From Spirochaetia bacterium (GTDB taxonomy: Bacteria; Spirochaetota; Spirochaetia; SZUA-6; Bin103): a stretch of DNA of 64,000 nt. Of this stretch, positions 19,099-29,234 are shown one piece after another (position 1 is the stretch's first letter; each line of letters starts with the position of its first letter). Under the pieces are notes generated by a model that worked only from the letters and a program-made list of their open reading frames with translations, did not search any database and was not told the origin of the DNA. The stretch spans positions 480,001 through 544,000 of the forward strand of contig CBDBOV010000003.1 in assembly GCA_965208575.1 (NCBI GenBank), read 5' to 3'. The translations under genes were made by a program, and so were the position numbers.

Positions 19099-19427
19099 GA
19101 CAACACGTCGTAGCAGTCCGAGGTGAGACCCGGCTGTCGCACCGAGCGCGGTTCGGCAGCCGGGATGCGGCCGTTCGACTACGGCCGTTCGACTACGGCC
19201 GCTGTGTCGCCACGGGCTACTCCTTCGCAGCACGTCGCGGACCGCGCGGCAGCGCGCCGTGCGATCGCCGGGACGCCCGCCATGGCGTTGGCGCCGCTCA
19301 CGAAGCGAACGGCACCGAAGCCGCGGTCGTGCGAGCGGACGCTCATGACCGGCGTGGCTCGCGGCGCGGCCGGCGCGGCGCACCCGCGTTGTCGCGCACC
19401 GGCTGATTGCGATACCCTGGGGCACCC

Positions 19428-20834
19428 ATGTCGCAAGCTACGTTGTTCGACAAGATCTGGGATCTGCATACCGTCGGCACCCTGGAAACCGGCGAGACCC
19501 AGTTGTTCATCGGCCTGCACCTGATCCACGAGGTGACTTCGCCGCAGGCGTTTCAGATGCTGGAGGAGCGTGGTCTGCCGGTGCTGCACCCGGAGCGCAC
19601 CTTCGCCACGGTGGATCACATTGTGCCGACCGACCGCCAGGTGCGCCCGCTGAGCGACCCGATGGCGGAGGAGATGTACGAGGTGCTGGAGCGCAACGCC
19701 GCGCGCCACGGCATCGCCTTCTTCGGGCTGGACTCCGACTACCAGGGCATCGTGCACGTGATCGGCCCGGAGCTGGGGCTCACCCAGCCGGGCATGACCA
19801 TCGCGTGCGGCGACTCGCACACCTCCACCCACGGCGCCTTCGGCACCATCGCGTTCGGCATCGGCACCACGCAGGTGCGCGACGTGCTCGCCACCCAGAC
19901 GCTGGCGCAGACCAAGCCCAAGGTGCGCCGCATCAGGGTCGACGGCCAGCTCGGCCCCGGCGTGTACGCCAAGGACATCATCCTGTCGATCATTGCCACG
20001 CTCGGCGTGAAGGGCGGAATCGGCCACGCCTACGAGTTCGCCGGCACCGCCATCGAAGCGCTGTCGATGGACGAGCGCATGTCGATCTGCAACATGAGCA
20101 TCGAGGGCGGCGCACGCGTCGGCTACGTCAACCCAGACCGGACCACCGCCGACTACGTACGCGGACGCCCGTATGCACCCGACGCCGCGGCGTTCGACCG
20201 GGCGGAGGATTACTGGCGCTCGATCGCCAGCGGACCGGACGCCAGGTTCGACGACGAGGCGGTGCTGCGCGCCGAGGAGATCGAGCCGGTGGTCACCTGG
20301 GGCATCAACCCGGGCCAGTCGGTGGGCGTCTCCGACCGCCTGCCGCGCCTGAACGGCGTGGCCGCCGACGAGCGCGACACCGCCGCGGCCGCCTACCGGC
20401 ACATGGGGCTGAGCGAGAACGACCCGATCGCCGGCACCCCCATCGACGTGGCGTTCATCGGTTCCTGCACCAACAGCCGGATGTCCGACCTGCGCGAAGC
20501 GGCGCGCGTGGTGCGCGGCCAGCGGGTGGACAAGCGCGTGAAGGCGCTGGTGGTGCCCGGCTCCAAGCAGATCGCGCAACAGGCCGCCGCCGAGGGCCTG
20601 CCGGAGATCTTCACCGACGCCGGCTTCGAGTGGCGCGGCGCGGGCTGCTCGATGTGCCTGGCGATGAACTCCGACAAGCTGGTCGGCGACCAGGTGAGCG
20701 CGTCCTCGTCGAACCGCAACTTCATCGGGCGCCAGGGATCGGCCACCGGGCGCACCCTGCTGATGAGCCCGGCCATGGTCGCCGCCGCCGCCGTCAACGG
20801 CGCCGTCACCGACGTGCGCCAGTTGCTCACCTGA
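19428..20834 (+). CDS. leuC: 3-isopropylmalate dehydratase large subunit
   Basis: [48 protein letters not shown]. Confidence 0.97.
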   Translation: MSQATLFDKIWDLHTVGTLETGETQLFIGLHLIHEVTSPQAFQMLEERGLPVLHPERTFATVDHIVPTDRQVRPLSDPMAEEMYEVLERNAARHGIAFFGLDSDYQGIVHVIGPELGLTQPGMTIACGDSHTSTHGAFGTIAFGIGTTQVRDVLATQTLAQTKPKVRRIRVDGQLGPGVYAKDIILSIIATLGVKGGIGHAYEFAGTAIEALSMDERMSICNMSIEGGARVGYVNPDRTTADYVRGRPYAPDAAAFDRAEDYWRSIASGPDARFDDEAVLRAEEIEPVVTWGINPGQSVGVSDRLPRLNGVAADERDTAAAAYRHMGLSENDPIAGTPIDVAFIGSCTNSRMSDLREAARVVRGQRVDKRVKALVVPGSKQIAQQAAAEGLPEIFTDAGFEWRGAGCSMCLAMNSDKLVGDQVSASSSNRNFIGRQGSATGRTLLMSPAMVAAAAVNGAVTDVRQLLT

Positions 20835-20907
20835 CCCCGCTGGTTGGTGCATAGGGTGAATTCACCGGAAACACCGTGACCAAACGGTGTCCAGGAAGCT
20901 TGGTACG

Positions 20908-22005
20908 ATGCCTGTCAAGCTGGATAATGTAACATTCGAGAGATTTCGTACGTTCCGTAAGCTGTGCGTTCGTGGTCTCGGACGCGTGAATCTGATTACC
21001 GGAAAGAACAACACCGGGAAATCCTCTTTTCTCGAAGGCATCCGCATCATCTCGACGGGGGGCGCCCTGGATGAGCTACAACGAATACTCGGGGATCGCG
21101 AGGAGTATGTCGTTGGTCCGGAAGTAGAGCAATCTGGGCGCCCTCAGTTTCAGTTCTCTGGTCTGTTTCACGGCTTTCCCGAAACCACTGAGACTCGCGA
21201 TCCGTTGGTCATTTCGACGGCTAGCGACATCCATCCGAACGAAGTCTCGATCCATGTCAGTTGGTTCTCCCGGAAGCCTGACGAGAAAGGGAATCTTCGC
21301 TTCGAAGAACACCGCCCAGATGACGCAGAGGGAGCGGCTTCGGTTGTGATTGCCACCCCGGAGGGCACCCGTATCCATGAAATAGAAAATCTCCGTTCAG
21401 GTTTTGCGCTGCGTCTTTCCGGTCCCCGGCGGAGTGGAATAGGATGCTTCTTTGTCGGTGCGAACAACGCTGAGAACACGGCTGATCTTGGGGTCATGTG
21501 GGATGGAATAGCGCTATCGGACAATGAACAGGAGGTAGTCGAGGCGCTGCGCATCATCGATCCTCGAATCTCCAAGATCACGATGGTTGGCGGCGACGGT
21601 TCGAACCGCCGGCGTACCGCATTTGTCCGCACCGAAGACGTTCTGCGCCCGATTCCTTTACGGCTGTTCGGCGACGGCATGAATCGCTTGTTCGCCATGA
21701 TTCTTGCACTCGTCAACGCTCGCGGCCGGTTCATGCTGGTCGACGAGTTCGAGAACGGGCTGCACTACACCGTTCAGCTCCATGCGTGGCGCACTATATT
21801 CCGATTGGCTGAGACACTCGACATTCAGGTCTTCGCTACTACCCACAGTTGGGACGCAGTTGACGCATTCCAGAAGGCCGCCGTTGAGAGTCCCAACACG
21901 GGTGTCCTGTTACGCCTGGCGCGCAGGGGCGGCGACATCGTGCCCACGGTGTTCGCCGCGAAAGAAGTCACGGTCGCCACTCGCGAGAGAATCGAGGTGC
22001 GCTGA
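20908..22005 (+). CDS. ABC-type (AAA_15/AAA_21) ATPase
   Basis: GKNNTGKS, FGDGM, LVDEFENGLH, ATTHS; visibly more AT-rich than flanks. Confidence 0.88.
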   Translation: MPVKLDNVTFERFRTFRKLCVRGLGRVNLITGKNNTGKSSFLEGIRIISTGGALDELQRILGDREEYVVGPEVEQSGRPQFQFSGLFHGFPETTETRDPLVISTASDIHPNEVSIHVSWFSRKPDEKGNLRFEEHRPDDAEGAASVVIATPEGTRIHEIENLRSGFALRLSGPRRSGIGCFFVGANNAENTADLGVMWDGIALSDNEQEVVEALRIIDPRISKITMVGGDGSNRRRTAFVRTEDVLRPIPLRLFGDGMNRLFAMILALVNARGRFMLVDEFENGLHYTVQLHAWRTIFRLAETLDIQVFATTHSWDAVDAFQKAAVESPNTGVLLRLARRGGDIVPTVFAAKEVTVATRERIEVR

Positions 22006-22006
22006 G

Positions 22007-22636
22007 TTGGGCCGCAACATACTGCTGGTAGAGGGGCCCAACGATGAACATGTCGTGAAGCATATATGCGGAAACCGCGATGTTCCGCGTCTCGACGATG
22101 TGAAGCCACTCGGCAATGTGGAGAGCCTCCTTGAGGCCGTTCCGGTACAGCTCAAAGCGGCAGACGAAGGCGATGTCGTGGGCGTTGTCCTGGATGCAGA
22201 CACCAATATCGATGCGCGTTGGCAGTCGATTTATCATGCGCTTGTGAGTGTCGGATACGACGCCGTGCCGGACCAGCCGGTAGCCGACGGGACGATTCTC
22301 GACGCTCCCGCGAGTGCGCATCTGCCCCGAGCGGGAGTGTGGATCATGCCGGACAATCGGACCAACGGGATCATGGAGGACTTCCTCCGATTCCTGGTAC
22401 CACTGCCGAGCAAGCTCTTCGACCATGTGCAGGACAGCGTGGCAAACATACCTCCCGCCGACCGGCGCTTCAGGGAGGTATCAGAACCGAAAGCAGTAAT
22501 CCACACCTGGCTTGCTTGGCAGAAGGAACCAGGAATGCCGCTCGGTGCGGCGATTAGTGCTCGCTTTCTCGACGCGAACGTCCGCCAAGTCGACGTCCTT
22601 GTGGCTTGGTTGATGCGGCTTTTCTTCGCTCGTTAG
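22007..22636 (+). CDS. DUF3226-like TOPRIM-fold protein
   Basis: LLVEGPND, VVLDAD, WIMPDN, KAVIHTWLAWQKEPG. Confidence 0.8.
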   Translation: MGRNILLVEGPNDEHVVKHICGNRDVPRLDDVKPLGNVESLLEAVPVQLKAADEGDVVGVVLDADTNIDARWQSIYHALVSVGYDAVPDQPVADGTILDAPASAHLPRAGVWIMPDNRTNGIMEDFLRFLVPLPSKLFDHVQDSVANIPPADRRFREVSEPKAVIHTWLAWQKEPGMPLGAAISARFLDANVRQVDVLVAWLMRLFFAR

Positions 22637-22872
22637 CCCGTAACGGCCCGTGTGAATCGATGCCGATGTGCGAACGGAGCCGTTTTCTTGGCGCGCCCCG
22701 CCAATGACCGCCTTCGTGGTAGCAACGGCCACCGACCTCGCGGTGGTGCGGTGGAGCCGTTGCCGGCGGCTCGGGAGTCGGGATATGTTACGGCCCTGAT
22801 GTACCTGATGTACGCCTTTGTGTTGAACGTCCCGTCCCCGAGGCGGAGTCCTTCTATCGCCGAGAGTCGATC

Positions 22873-23484
22873 ATGAGCGATGCCATCCGCGCGGTCACCG
22901 TGGGCCGCGCCATTCCCTTGCCGGGAAATGACATAGACACCGACCGGATCATTCCGGCGCGGTACCTGAAGAGTATTACCTTCGACGGCCTCGGGGAGGC
23001 CGCGTTCATTGACGAGCGCGCCGCCGAGCGGGCCGCCGGCCGCACCCACCCGCTCGACGACGAGCGCTGGACCGGCGGCTCGATCCTGCTGGTGGGGCGC
23101 AACTTCGGCTGCGGCTCGTCGCGCGAGCACGCCCCGCAGGCGCTACAGCGGTTCGGCATCCGCGCCCTGGTGGGCGAGTCGTTCGCGGAGATTTTCTCCG
23201 GCAACTGCACCGTGCTGGGCATCCCGGCGGTGCGCGCCGCGGCCGCCGACATCGAGCGCCTGCAGGCGCTGGTGGAGCAGGATCCGTCCACCGAGGTGAC
23301 CGTCGACCTGGAGGCGCAGACGGTCACCGCCGGCTCGCTGCAGTGCCCGGCCACTCTGCCGGAGGGCGCCCGCCATGCGCTCGTGCGCGGCACATGGGAC
23401 TCCACCACCCTGCTGCTCGCAGGCCGCGACCAGATCGCCGCCACCGCGGGCAACCTTCCCTATCTGAACGCCTTTGCCGGGTGA
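22873..23484 (+). CDS. leuD: 3-isopropylmalate dehydratase small subunit
   Basis: DIDTDRIIPARYL, NFGCGSSREHA, SFAEIFSGN. Confidence 0.97.
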   Translation: MSDAIRAVTVGRAIPLPGNDIDTDRIIPARYLKSITFDGLGEAAFIDERAAERAAGRTHPLDDERWTGGSILLVGRNFGCGSSREHAPQALQRFGIRALVGESFAEIFSGNCTVLGIPAVRAAAADIERLQALVEQDPSTEVTVDLEAQTVTAGSLQCPATLPEGARHALVRGTWDSTTLLLAGRDQIAATAGNLPYLNAFAG

Positions 23485-23503
23485 CCGGCGCCAGGAGCAT
23501 TAC

Positions 23504-25180
23504 GTGAGCACACCGCTGAACAGCCGCAGCCGCAACATGACCGCCGGCGTCGAGCGCATGCCCAACCGCTCGATGCTGCGTGCCGTCGGCATGGACGATG
23601 CCGACTTCGACCGCGCCCTGGTCGGCATCGCCAGCGCCGGCTCCGAGGTGACGCCGTGCAACATGCACCTGGACGACCTCGCCGAGCAGGCCAAGACCGG
23701 CGTGCGCGCGGCCGGCGGCTTTCCGCTGCGTTACAACACCTTCGTGGTGACCGACGGCGAGGCGATGGGCCACGAGGGCATGAAGGCCTCGCTGGTGAGC
23801 CGCGACGCCATCGCCGATACCATCGAGCTGGTCACCATCGGCCACCAGTTCGACGCCATCATCGGCATCGGCGGCTGCGACAAGACCATTCCCGGCACCG
23901 TGATGCCGATGGCGCGCATGAACATCCCAAGCGTGTTCGTGTACGGCGGCACCATCCTGCCGGGCGTATACCGCGGGCGCGACGTGGACATCATTTCCGC
24001 GTTCGAGGCGGTGGGCGCATTCAGCGCCGGCAAGATCGACGAGGAGGAGCGCGCCGGCATCGAGCGCGCCGCCATCCCCTGCCAGGGCGCGTGCGGCGGC
24101 ATGTACACCGCCAACACCATGGCCTCGGCGGTGGAGGCGCTCGGCATGTCGCTGCCGGGCAATTCGTCGATCCCGGCGGTCGACCCGCGCAAGGATCAGG
24201 ACCTGCGCGCCGCCGGCGAAGCGGTAATCGAGTGCCTGCGGCGGGGCCTGAAGCCGCGCGACATCATGACCCGCGAAGCGTTCCTGAACGCCATCCGCAT
24301 CGTGATGGCGCTCGGCGGCTCCACCAACGCCGTGCTGCACCTGCTCGCCATCGCCCACGAGGCTGAGGTGGAGCTGACCATCGACGACTTCAACCCGATC
24401 GCCGAGAGCACGCCGACCCTGGCCGACCTCAAGCCCGCCGGCCGCTACGTGATGAAGGACCTCGACCAGGTGGGCGGGGTGCCGATGGTGATGCGCATGC
24501 TGCTCGACGCCGGCCTTCTGCACGGCGACTGCATCACGGTGACCGGGCGCACCATCGCCGAGAACCTGGCCGACGTCGAGGTGCATCTCGACGGGCAGGA
24601 CGTGGTGTACCCGGTGGAGCAGCCGCACAAGGAGAGCGGCGGCATCCTGGTGATCAAGGGCAACCTGGCGCCGGAGGGCGCGGTGCTGAAGTCGTCCGGG
24701 GTGACGGTGCGCCGCCACCGCGGCCCGGCGCGCGTGTTCGACGCCGAGGAGGGCGCCCTGCAGGCGATCCTCAAGGGGCAGGTGAACAAGGGCGACGTGC
24801 TGGTGATCCGCTACGAGGGGCCGCGCGGCGGTCCCGGCATGCGCGAGATGCTGGCCCTGACCTCCGCTATCGCCGGCGCCGGCCTGATCGCCGACGTGGC
24901 GCTGATCACCGATGGGCGCTTTTCCGGCGGCAGCCATGGCATCGTGGTGGGGCACATCGCCCCCGAGGCGCAGGCGAAAGGCCCGATCGCTGCTATCCAG
25001 GAGGGCGACATCATCGCCCTCGACCTGGAGCACAAGTCAATCGAGTTGGAGCTGTCCGACGACGAGATCCGCCGCCGGCTCGCCGCCCTCCCGGAACGGC
25101 CCATCCCCTACACCCGCGGCGCGCTCGCCAAGTACGCCCGCCTGGTCTCCTCCGCCAGCTACGGCGCCACCACCCACTGA
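23504..25180 (+). CDS. ilvD: Dihydroxy-acid dehydratase
   Basis: [41 protein letters not shown]. Confidence 0.97.
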   Translation: MSTPLNSRSRNMTAGVERMPNRSMLRAVGMDDADFDRALVGIASAGSEVTPCNMHLDDLAEQAKTGVRAAGGFPLRYNTFVVTDGEAMGHEGMKASLVSRDAIADTIELVTIGHQFDAIIGIGGCDKTIPGTVMPMARMNIPSVFVYGGTILPGVYRGRDVDIISAFEAVGAFSAGKIDEEERAGIERAAIPCQGACGGMYTANTMASAVEALGMSLPGNSSIPAVDPRKDQDLRAAGEAVIECLRRGLKPRDIMTREAFLNAIRIVMALGGSTNAVLHLLAIAHEAEVELTIDDFNPIAESTPTLADLKPAGRYVMKDLDQVGGVPMVMRMLLDAGLLHGDCITVTGRTIAENLADVEVHLDGQDVVYPVEQPHKESGGILVIKGNLAPEGAVLKSSGVTVRRHRGPARVFDAEEGALQAILKGQVNKGDVLVIRYEGPRGGPGMREMLALTSAIAGAGLIADVALITDGRFSGGSHGIVVGHIAPEAQAKGPIAAIQEGDIIALDLEHKSIELELSDDEIRRRLAALPERPIPYTRGALAKYARLVSSASYGATTH

Positions 25181-25196
25181 CGAGCCGCCATGTGCC

Positions 25197-26495
25197 ATGA
25201 TTGAGCAATTCGGACTGCGTGACGTTCGATGCTTTGAGGGAGAACAGAGGGCGGAATTGCGTCCAATCACGTTGCTCGTTGGCGAAAACAGTACAGGTAA
25301 AACGACGTTCCTTGGATGCTACAGCGTCTTGCATAGATTGATATCGAGACCACGCTTATTCGGTGAAGTTGTCGACTTCAATAGAGAGCCGTTTTCCATG
25401 GGTTCTTTCCGTGATATCGTACGAGCACGACGTGGCCGGGACGGCCGCATCGAGCAGTTTAAGCTAGCGTTCACAGTAGTTCCACTTCCTGGGTCTGGTC
25501 GGAAGCCATACCCTCTGGTGGCGACTTTTTCGGAATACGGTTCACAGCCTATCGTGGAATCGATCGATCTTCTGTTCCGGGATGATATATCTCTCAGTTT
25601 CCAGCGTGGCAGATCCGAGATGACTTGGCTGACAGTAGCAGATAAGCAAGTCGCGTTCGCCAATTCAATCGACGGTTGGATGTATCTTCTTGACTCTCTG
25701 TTGAACCCTAACGTTTCCGTGGGAGAGTCGGAGGATATGAAAGCGGTTGTCGACTCATTGTCTGATTTGCTAGTCGGCAAGGACGGTCTGGCAAGTGGGC
25801 GGCTCTGGCTTCCTGACATACCGGCGGTCGTATCGATAGCGCCGCTGCGGTCGAAGCCGAAGCGGACCTATGATCCTGTTCGGGAAGCTGCGTCTCCGGA
25901 TGGCGAGCACATCCCTATGTTGATGATGCGCCTGGACCGGACAGCAAAGGGCGACTGGAGTTCGCTGCATGATCACTTGACGGATTTTGGTCACGACTCC
26001 GGTTTGTTTTCCGACATCAAGGTTCGCGGCCACGGCAGGCAGATGAGCGATCCGTTCCAGTTACAGGTGAAGGTGCGATCAGGGTCGTACGCGAACATTA
26101 TGGATGTTGGTTACGGCGTTAGTCAGAGCTTGCCGATCCTCGTTGACGTCCGTCGAGCAAGTCGGCGCACTTTCCTCCTGCAGCAGCCGGAGGTACATCT
26201 GCATCCGCGCGCACAGGCCAGTCTTGCAGTCTTGTTTGCTGAGTCATGGAGAGTAAACAAGAACCGTTTCCTGATCGAAACCCACAGCGACTACATAGTT
26301 GATCGGATACGGATTCTGGTACGGAAAGGACACTTGAAGACGAACGATGTGGCGATCTTGTACTTTGAATCGAAGAAGAATTCCGTCGTTATTCACAATA
26401 TCACCTTGGACGGCGAAGGAAATCTGCAGAACGTACCGGATGGGTACCGAGACTTCTTCTTGAAAGAGACTGACCGATTGCTAGGATTCGCGTAG
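25197..26495 (+). CDS. ABC-type ATPase (AAA_15 / DUF3696-like)
   Basis: GENSTGKT, DVGYGVSQSLP, QQPEVHLHP, IETHS. Confidence 0.88.
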   Translation: MIEQFGLRDVRCFEGEQRAELRPITLLVGENSTGKTTFLGCYSVLHRLISRPRLFGEVVDFNREPFSMGSFRDIVRARRGRDGRIEQFKLAFTVVPLPGSGRKPYPLVATFSEYGSQPIVESIDLLFRDDISLSFQRGRSEMTWLTVADKQVAFANSIDGWMYLLDSLLNPNVSVGESEDMKAVVDSLSDLLVGKDGLASGRLWLPDIPAVVSIAPLRSKPKRTYDPVREAASPDGEHIPMLMMRLDRTAKGDWSSLHDHLTDFGHDSGLFSDIKVRGHGRQMSDPFQLQVKVRSGSYANIMDVGYGVSQSLPILVDVRRASRRTFLLQQPEVHLHPRAQASLAVLFAESWRVNKNRFLIETHSDYIVDRIRILVRKGHLKTNDVAILYFESKKNSVVIHNITLDGEGNLQNVPDGYRDFFLKETDRLLGFA

Positions 26496-26513
26496 CTCAC
26501 TGGGTCAGATTCA

Positions 26514-26948
26514 ATGTGCATGATTGTGGATGCCAACCGGTTAGGGATTTTCCTCTCCGATCCAGTGCATGAAGACTCGATCCCGGTCCGCAGATGGGTC
26601 GATGCGCAAGGTGGCCGAATAGTGTATTCTACGGGAGGTAAATTCGCCCAGGAAGTCGTGGGCAAAGCGAGAGCCAAGCTTGAAGCCTATGCTCAGGCCG
26701 GCAAGGCTGTGCTCATATCACCCAAGCAATTCGAAGCAGACGCAACTGATCTAGCGCCGCGTATTCGTTCTGACGACCCACACGTGCTCGCGTTGGCTCG
26801 GGTGACGGGAGTGCGGCTTCTGTACACCGCAGATGGCGACCTGATCGACGACTTCAAGGACCGGAGTGTGATCAATCCGAAAGGGAGGGTATACTCGCGA
26901 GCCAGCAATGCCAACCTGCTGACGCGGTCAGTGTGCGCGAGACCGTGA
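26514..26948 (+). CDS. PIN-domain ribonuclease-like protein
   Basis: IVDAN, DDPHVLALA, LLYTADGDL acidic PIN pattern. Confidence 0.75.
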   Translation: MCMIVDANRLGIFLSDPVHEDSIPVRRWVDAQGGRIVYSTGGKFAQEVVGKARAKLEAYAQAGKAVLISPKQFEADATDLAPRIRSDDPHVLALARVTGVRLLYTADGDLIDDFKDRSVINPKGRVYSRASNANLLTRSVCARP

Positions 26949-26975
26949 GGTCGGCGCAGCTCACGGACGGCGCGC

Positions 26976-28139
26976 TTACCAGTTGGTGAAGGCGCCGTCC
27001 TCGCGGGACAGGCGGGGCGGCCAGCCGCTCGGGGTCAGCGGCGAGGCGGCCGCTGCGTCGAGGTTCATGTCGACGCCGAGGCCGGGGGTGTCGTGGGCGA
27101 ACGCGAAGCCGTCCCGCCAGCCGATCTGCTGAGGGAACAACTCGCGCGCGAACGAACCGGGGCGGCGCGGCATCTCCTGTACGCCGACGTTGGTGGAGGC
27201 CATGCACAGCGCGACGCAGGCGGCGGCGCTGACCGGGCCGAGCGGATTGTGCGGGGCGATGTCGATGTAGTGGGTTTCCGCCGCGTGGGTGATCTTGAGC
27301 GCCTCGGTGAGGCCGCCGGCGATGCACAGGTCGATGCGCGCGTAGCTGATCAGCTCCTCTTCGATCACCTCCCGGAACGGCCACTTGGTGGCCCACTGCT
27401 CGCCGGCCGCGATCGGCAGCGACACGTGGCGGGCCAGGTTGCGGTAACTGGCGGGGTTCTCGGACCGGATCGGATCCTCGATAAAGAACGGGTGGTACTC
27501 CTCCAGCCACCGGCACATGCGGATCACGTGCGGCGGATCGAGCCGGGTGTGCACGTCCAGGCACAGCTCTATCTCCGGGCCCAACGCTTCGCGCAGTGCA
27601 CGGGTCTGTTCCACCGCCAGGGCCACCGACTTGTGCGGATCGAGCAGCGCGCCGCCGGATGCCTCCAGCACCCCCGAGGTCTCCGGCTGCCCCCAGCGCA
27701 CGAAGCGCCAGCCCTCGTCCACCTGGCGCCGGGCGTTGTCGACCAGCTCCTGCGTGCTCGCGCCCTGCGAATGCGGGTAGCACACCACCTTGTCGCGCAC
27801 CGGGCCGCCGAGCAGGCGGTACACCGGCATGCCGGCCGCCTTGCCCTTGATGTCCCACAGGGCGATGTCGATGGCGCTGATGGCGCAGGCGTACACCTTG
27901 TCCGCGGGGAAGAACCCGCCGCGGAACATCAGTTGCCACAGCCGCTCGGTCTGCCACGGGTCGGCGCCGACGACCAGCTCGCTCAGGTGCTCGACCGCCT
28001 CGGTGATGGCCCCCGCCCAGTTGCGGATGCCCGCTTCTCCGAGCCCATGGATGCCGGCGTCGGTGTCCACTCTGACGATGAAGTAGCCGCGCCCCTCGTC
28101 GTCCTGGACCGGAAAGCTCCTGACCTGCGTTACCTGCAT
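26976..28139 (-). CDS. Mandelate racemase / galactonate dehydratase family enzyme
   Basis: AISAIDIALWDIKGK, LDVH, FIEDP, AAGE, APHNP. Confidence 0.9.
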   Translation of the reverse strand: MQVTQVRSFPVQDDEGRGYFIVRVDTDAGIHGLGEAGIRNWAGAITEAVEHLSELVVGADPWQTERLWQLMFRGGFFPADKVYACAISAIDIALWDIKGKAAGMPVYRLLGGPVRDKVVCYPHSQGASTQELVDNARRQVDEGWRFVRWGQPETSGVLEASGGALLDPHKSVALAVEQTRALREALGPEIELCLDVHTRLDPPHVIRMCRWLEEYHPFFIEDPIRSENPASYRNLARHVSLPIAAGEQWATKWPFREVIEEELISYARIDLCIAGGLTEALKITHAAETHYIDIAPHNPLGPVSAAACVALCMASTNVGVQEMPRRPGSFARELFPQQIGWRDGFAFAHDTPGLGVDMNLDAAAASPLTPSGWPPRLSREDGAFTNW

Positions 28140-28268
28140 GCCGCGATGGTAGCGCACTCGGGCCGCACGGTGCACGCGGCGCTCAGGGAAGACGGGAAGG
28201 GCGTGAGTCGCGTGAGTCCATGGAGGTGGCGGACCTGTGGTATGCTGTGATGGAATGGAGGACAGCCC

Positions 28269-29075
28269 ATGGCCAGCCCGCCGCTCGCTCCCGCCAAGGT
28301 TCACTACCCCTCATCCGACGGCAAGCCGATGGCGGAAAGCGACTTCCAACGCACCCCGCTGACCTACGCCGTGGACCGGCTGCGGCAGCACTTTCGCAGC
28401 CGCCGGGACGTGTACGTGTCGGGCAACCTGCTGCTGTACTACGAGGAGGGCAATCCGCGGGCGGTAGTGGCGCCGGACGTGTTCGTGGTGCTGGGGGCGT
28501 CCAGCGCCGACCGGTCCATCTACCGGCTGTGGGATGAGCCCAAGGGGCCTGACTTCGTGCTGGAGATCACTTCGCGCACGACCTACCGCGAAGACCAGGG
28601 ACGCAAGCGCGAGTTGTACCGGTCGCTCGGCGTGCAGGAGTACTGGCAATACGACCCGACGGGCGACTACCTGGAGCCGCGGCTGCAGGGCCTGGAGTTG
28701 AGCGCGGGGGAGTATCGGCGGCTGCCGGGGAGGGAGTTGGCGGGCGGCACGCTGGCGCTGGCGAGCGGTGTGCTGGGGCTGGAGTTGCGACTGACCGAGC
28801 GCGGGCTGCGGTTCCACGACTCGGAGGCCGGAATGGATCTGCCGAACCTGGCGGAAACCGACGAGGCGAGGGAGCGTGAGCGGCAGGGGCGAGAGCGTGA
28901 GCGGCAGGGGCGGCAAGCGGCAGAGAAGCGCCTCGCGGAGGAAGCGGCAGCGCGCGAGCAGGAAGCGGCAGCGCGCGAAGCCGCTGAAGCAAGGGTGGCC
29001 GAGCTGGAGGCCTTGTTGCGCCGGGAGCGCGGCAGCGATACCGGTCAGGAGGGGAATCGAGCGGCACCTCGGTAG
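28269..29075 (+). CDS. Uma2 family (DUF820) endonuclease
   Basis: YPSSDGKPMAE, APDVFVV, PDFVLEITS, GVQEYWQYDP; coiled-coil tail. Confidence 0.92.
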   Translation: MASPPLAPAKVHYPSSDGKPMAESDFQRTPLTYAVDRLRQHFRSRRDVYVSGNLLLYYEEGNPRAVVAPDVFVVLGASSADRSIYRLWDEPKGPDFVLEITSRTTYREDQGRKRELYRSLGVQEYWQYDPTGDYLEPRLQGLELSAGEYRRLPGRELAGGTLALASGVLGLELRLTERGLRFHDSEAGMDLPNLAETDEARERERQGRERERQGRQAAEKRLAEEAAAREQEAAAREAAEARVAELEALLRRERGSDTGQEGNRAAPR

Positions 29076-29234
29076 GGCGACGTCCGGTGTCCCTCGGGAT
29101 ACGGGTGGCAACCGGAGCACCATCCATTCCGTCCGGACCGTTGGTAGCGCGATGCCCGGCTCGCTCCTGGCCAGCGCACGGCGGGCGGGTAGCGTTGACG
29201 ATCGCCTCGGTGGAGGGGAACCGTACCGGTGCTC

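Noticed and set aside
19168-19201. CGGCCGTTCGACTA tandem duplication upstream of leuC
   Set aside because: Only about 2.4 copies; no leader peptide or attenuator recognised
22795-22813. CCTGATGTA tandem repeat before leuD
   Set aside because: Could be a leftover TA-type operator but is too short to support
28870-28985. Short tandem repeats in the Uma2 tail
   Set aside because: Ordinary coiled-coil expansion typical of this family
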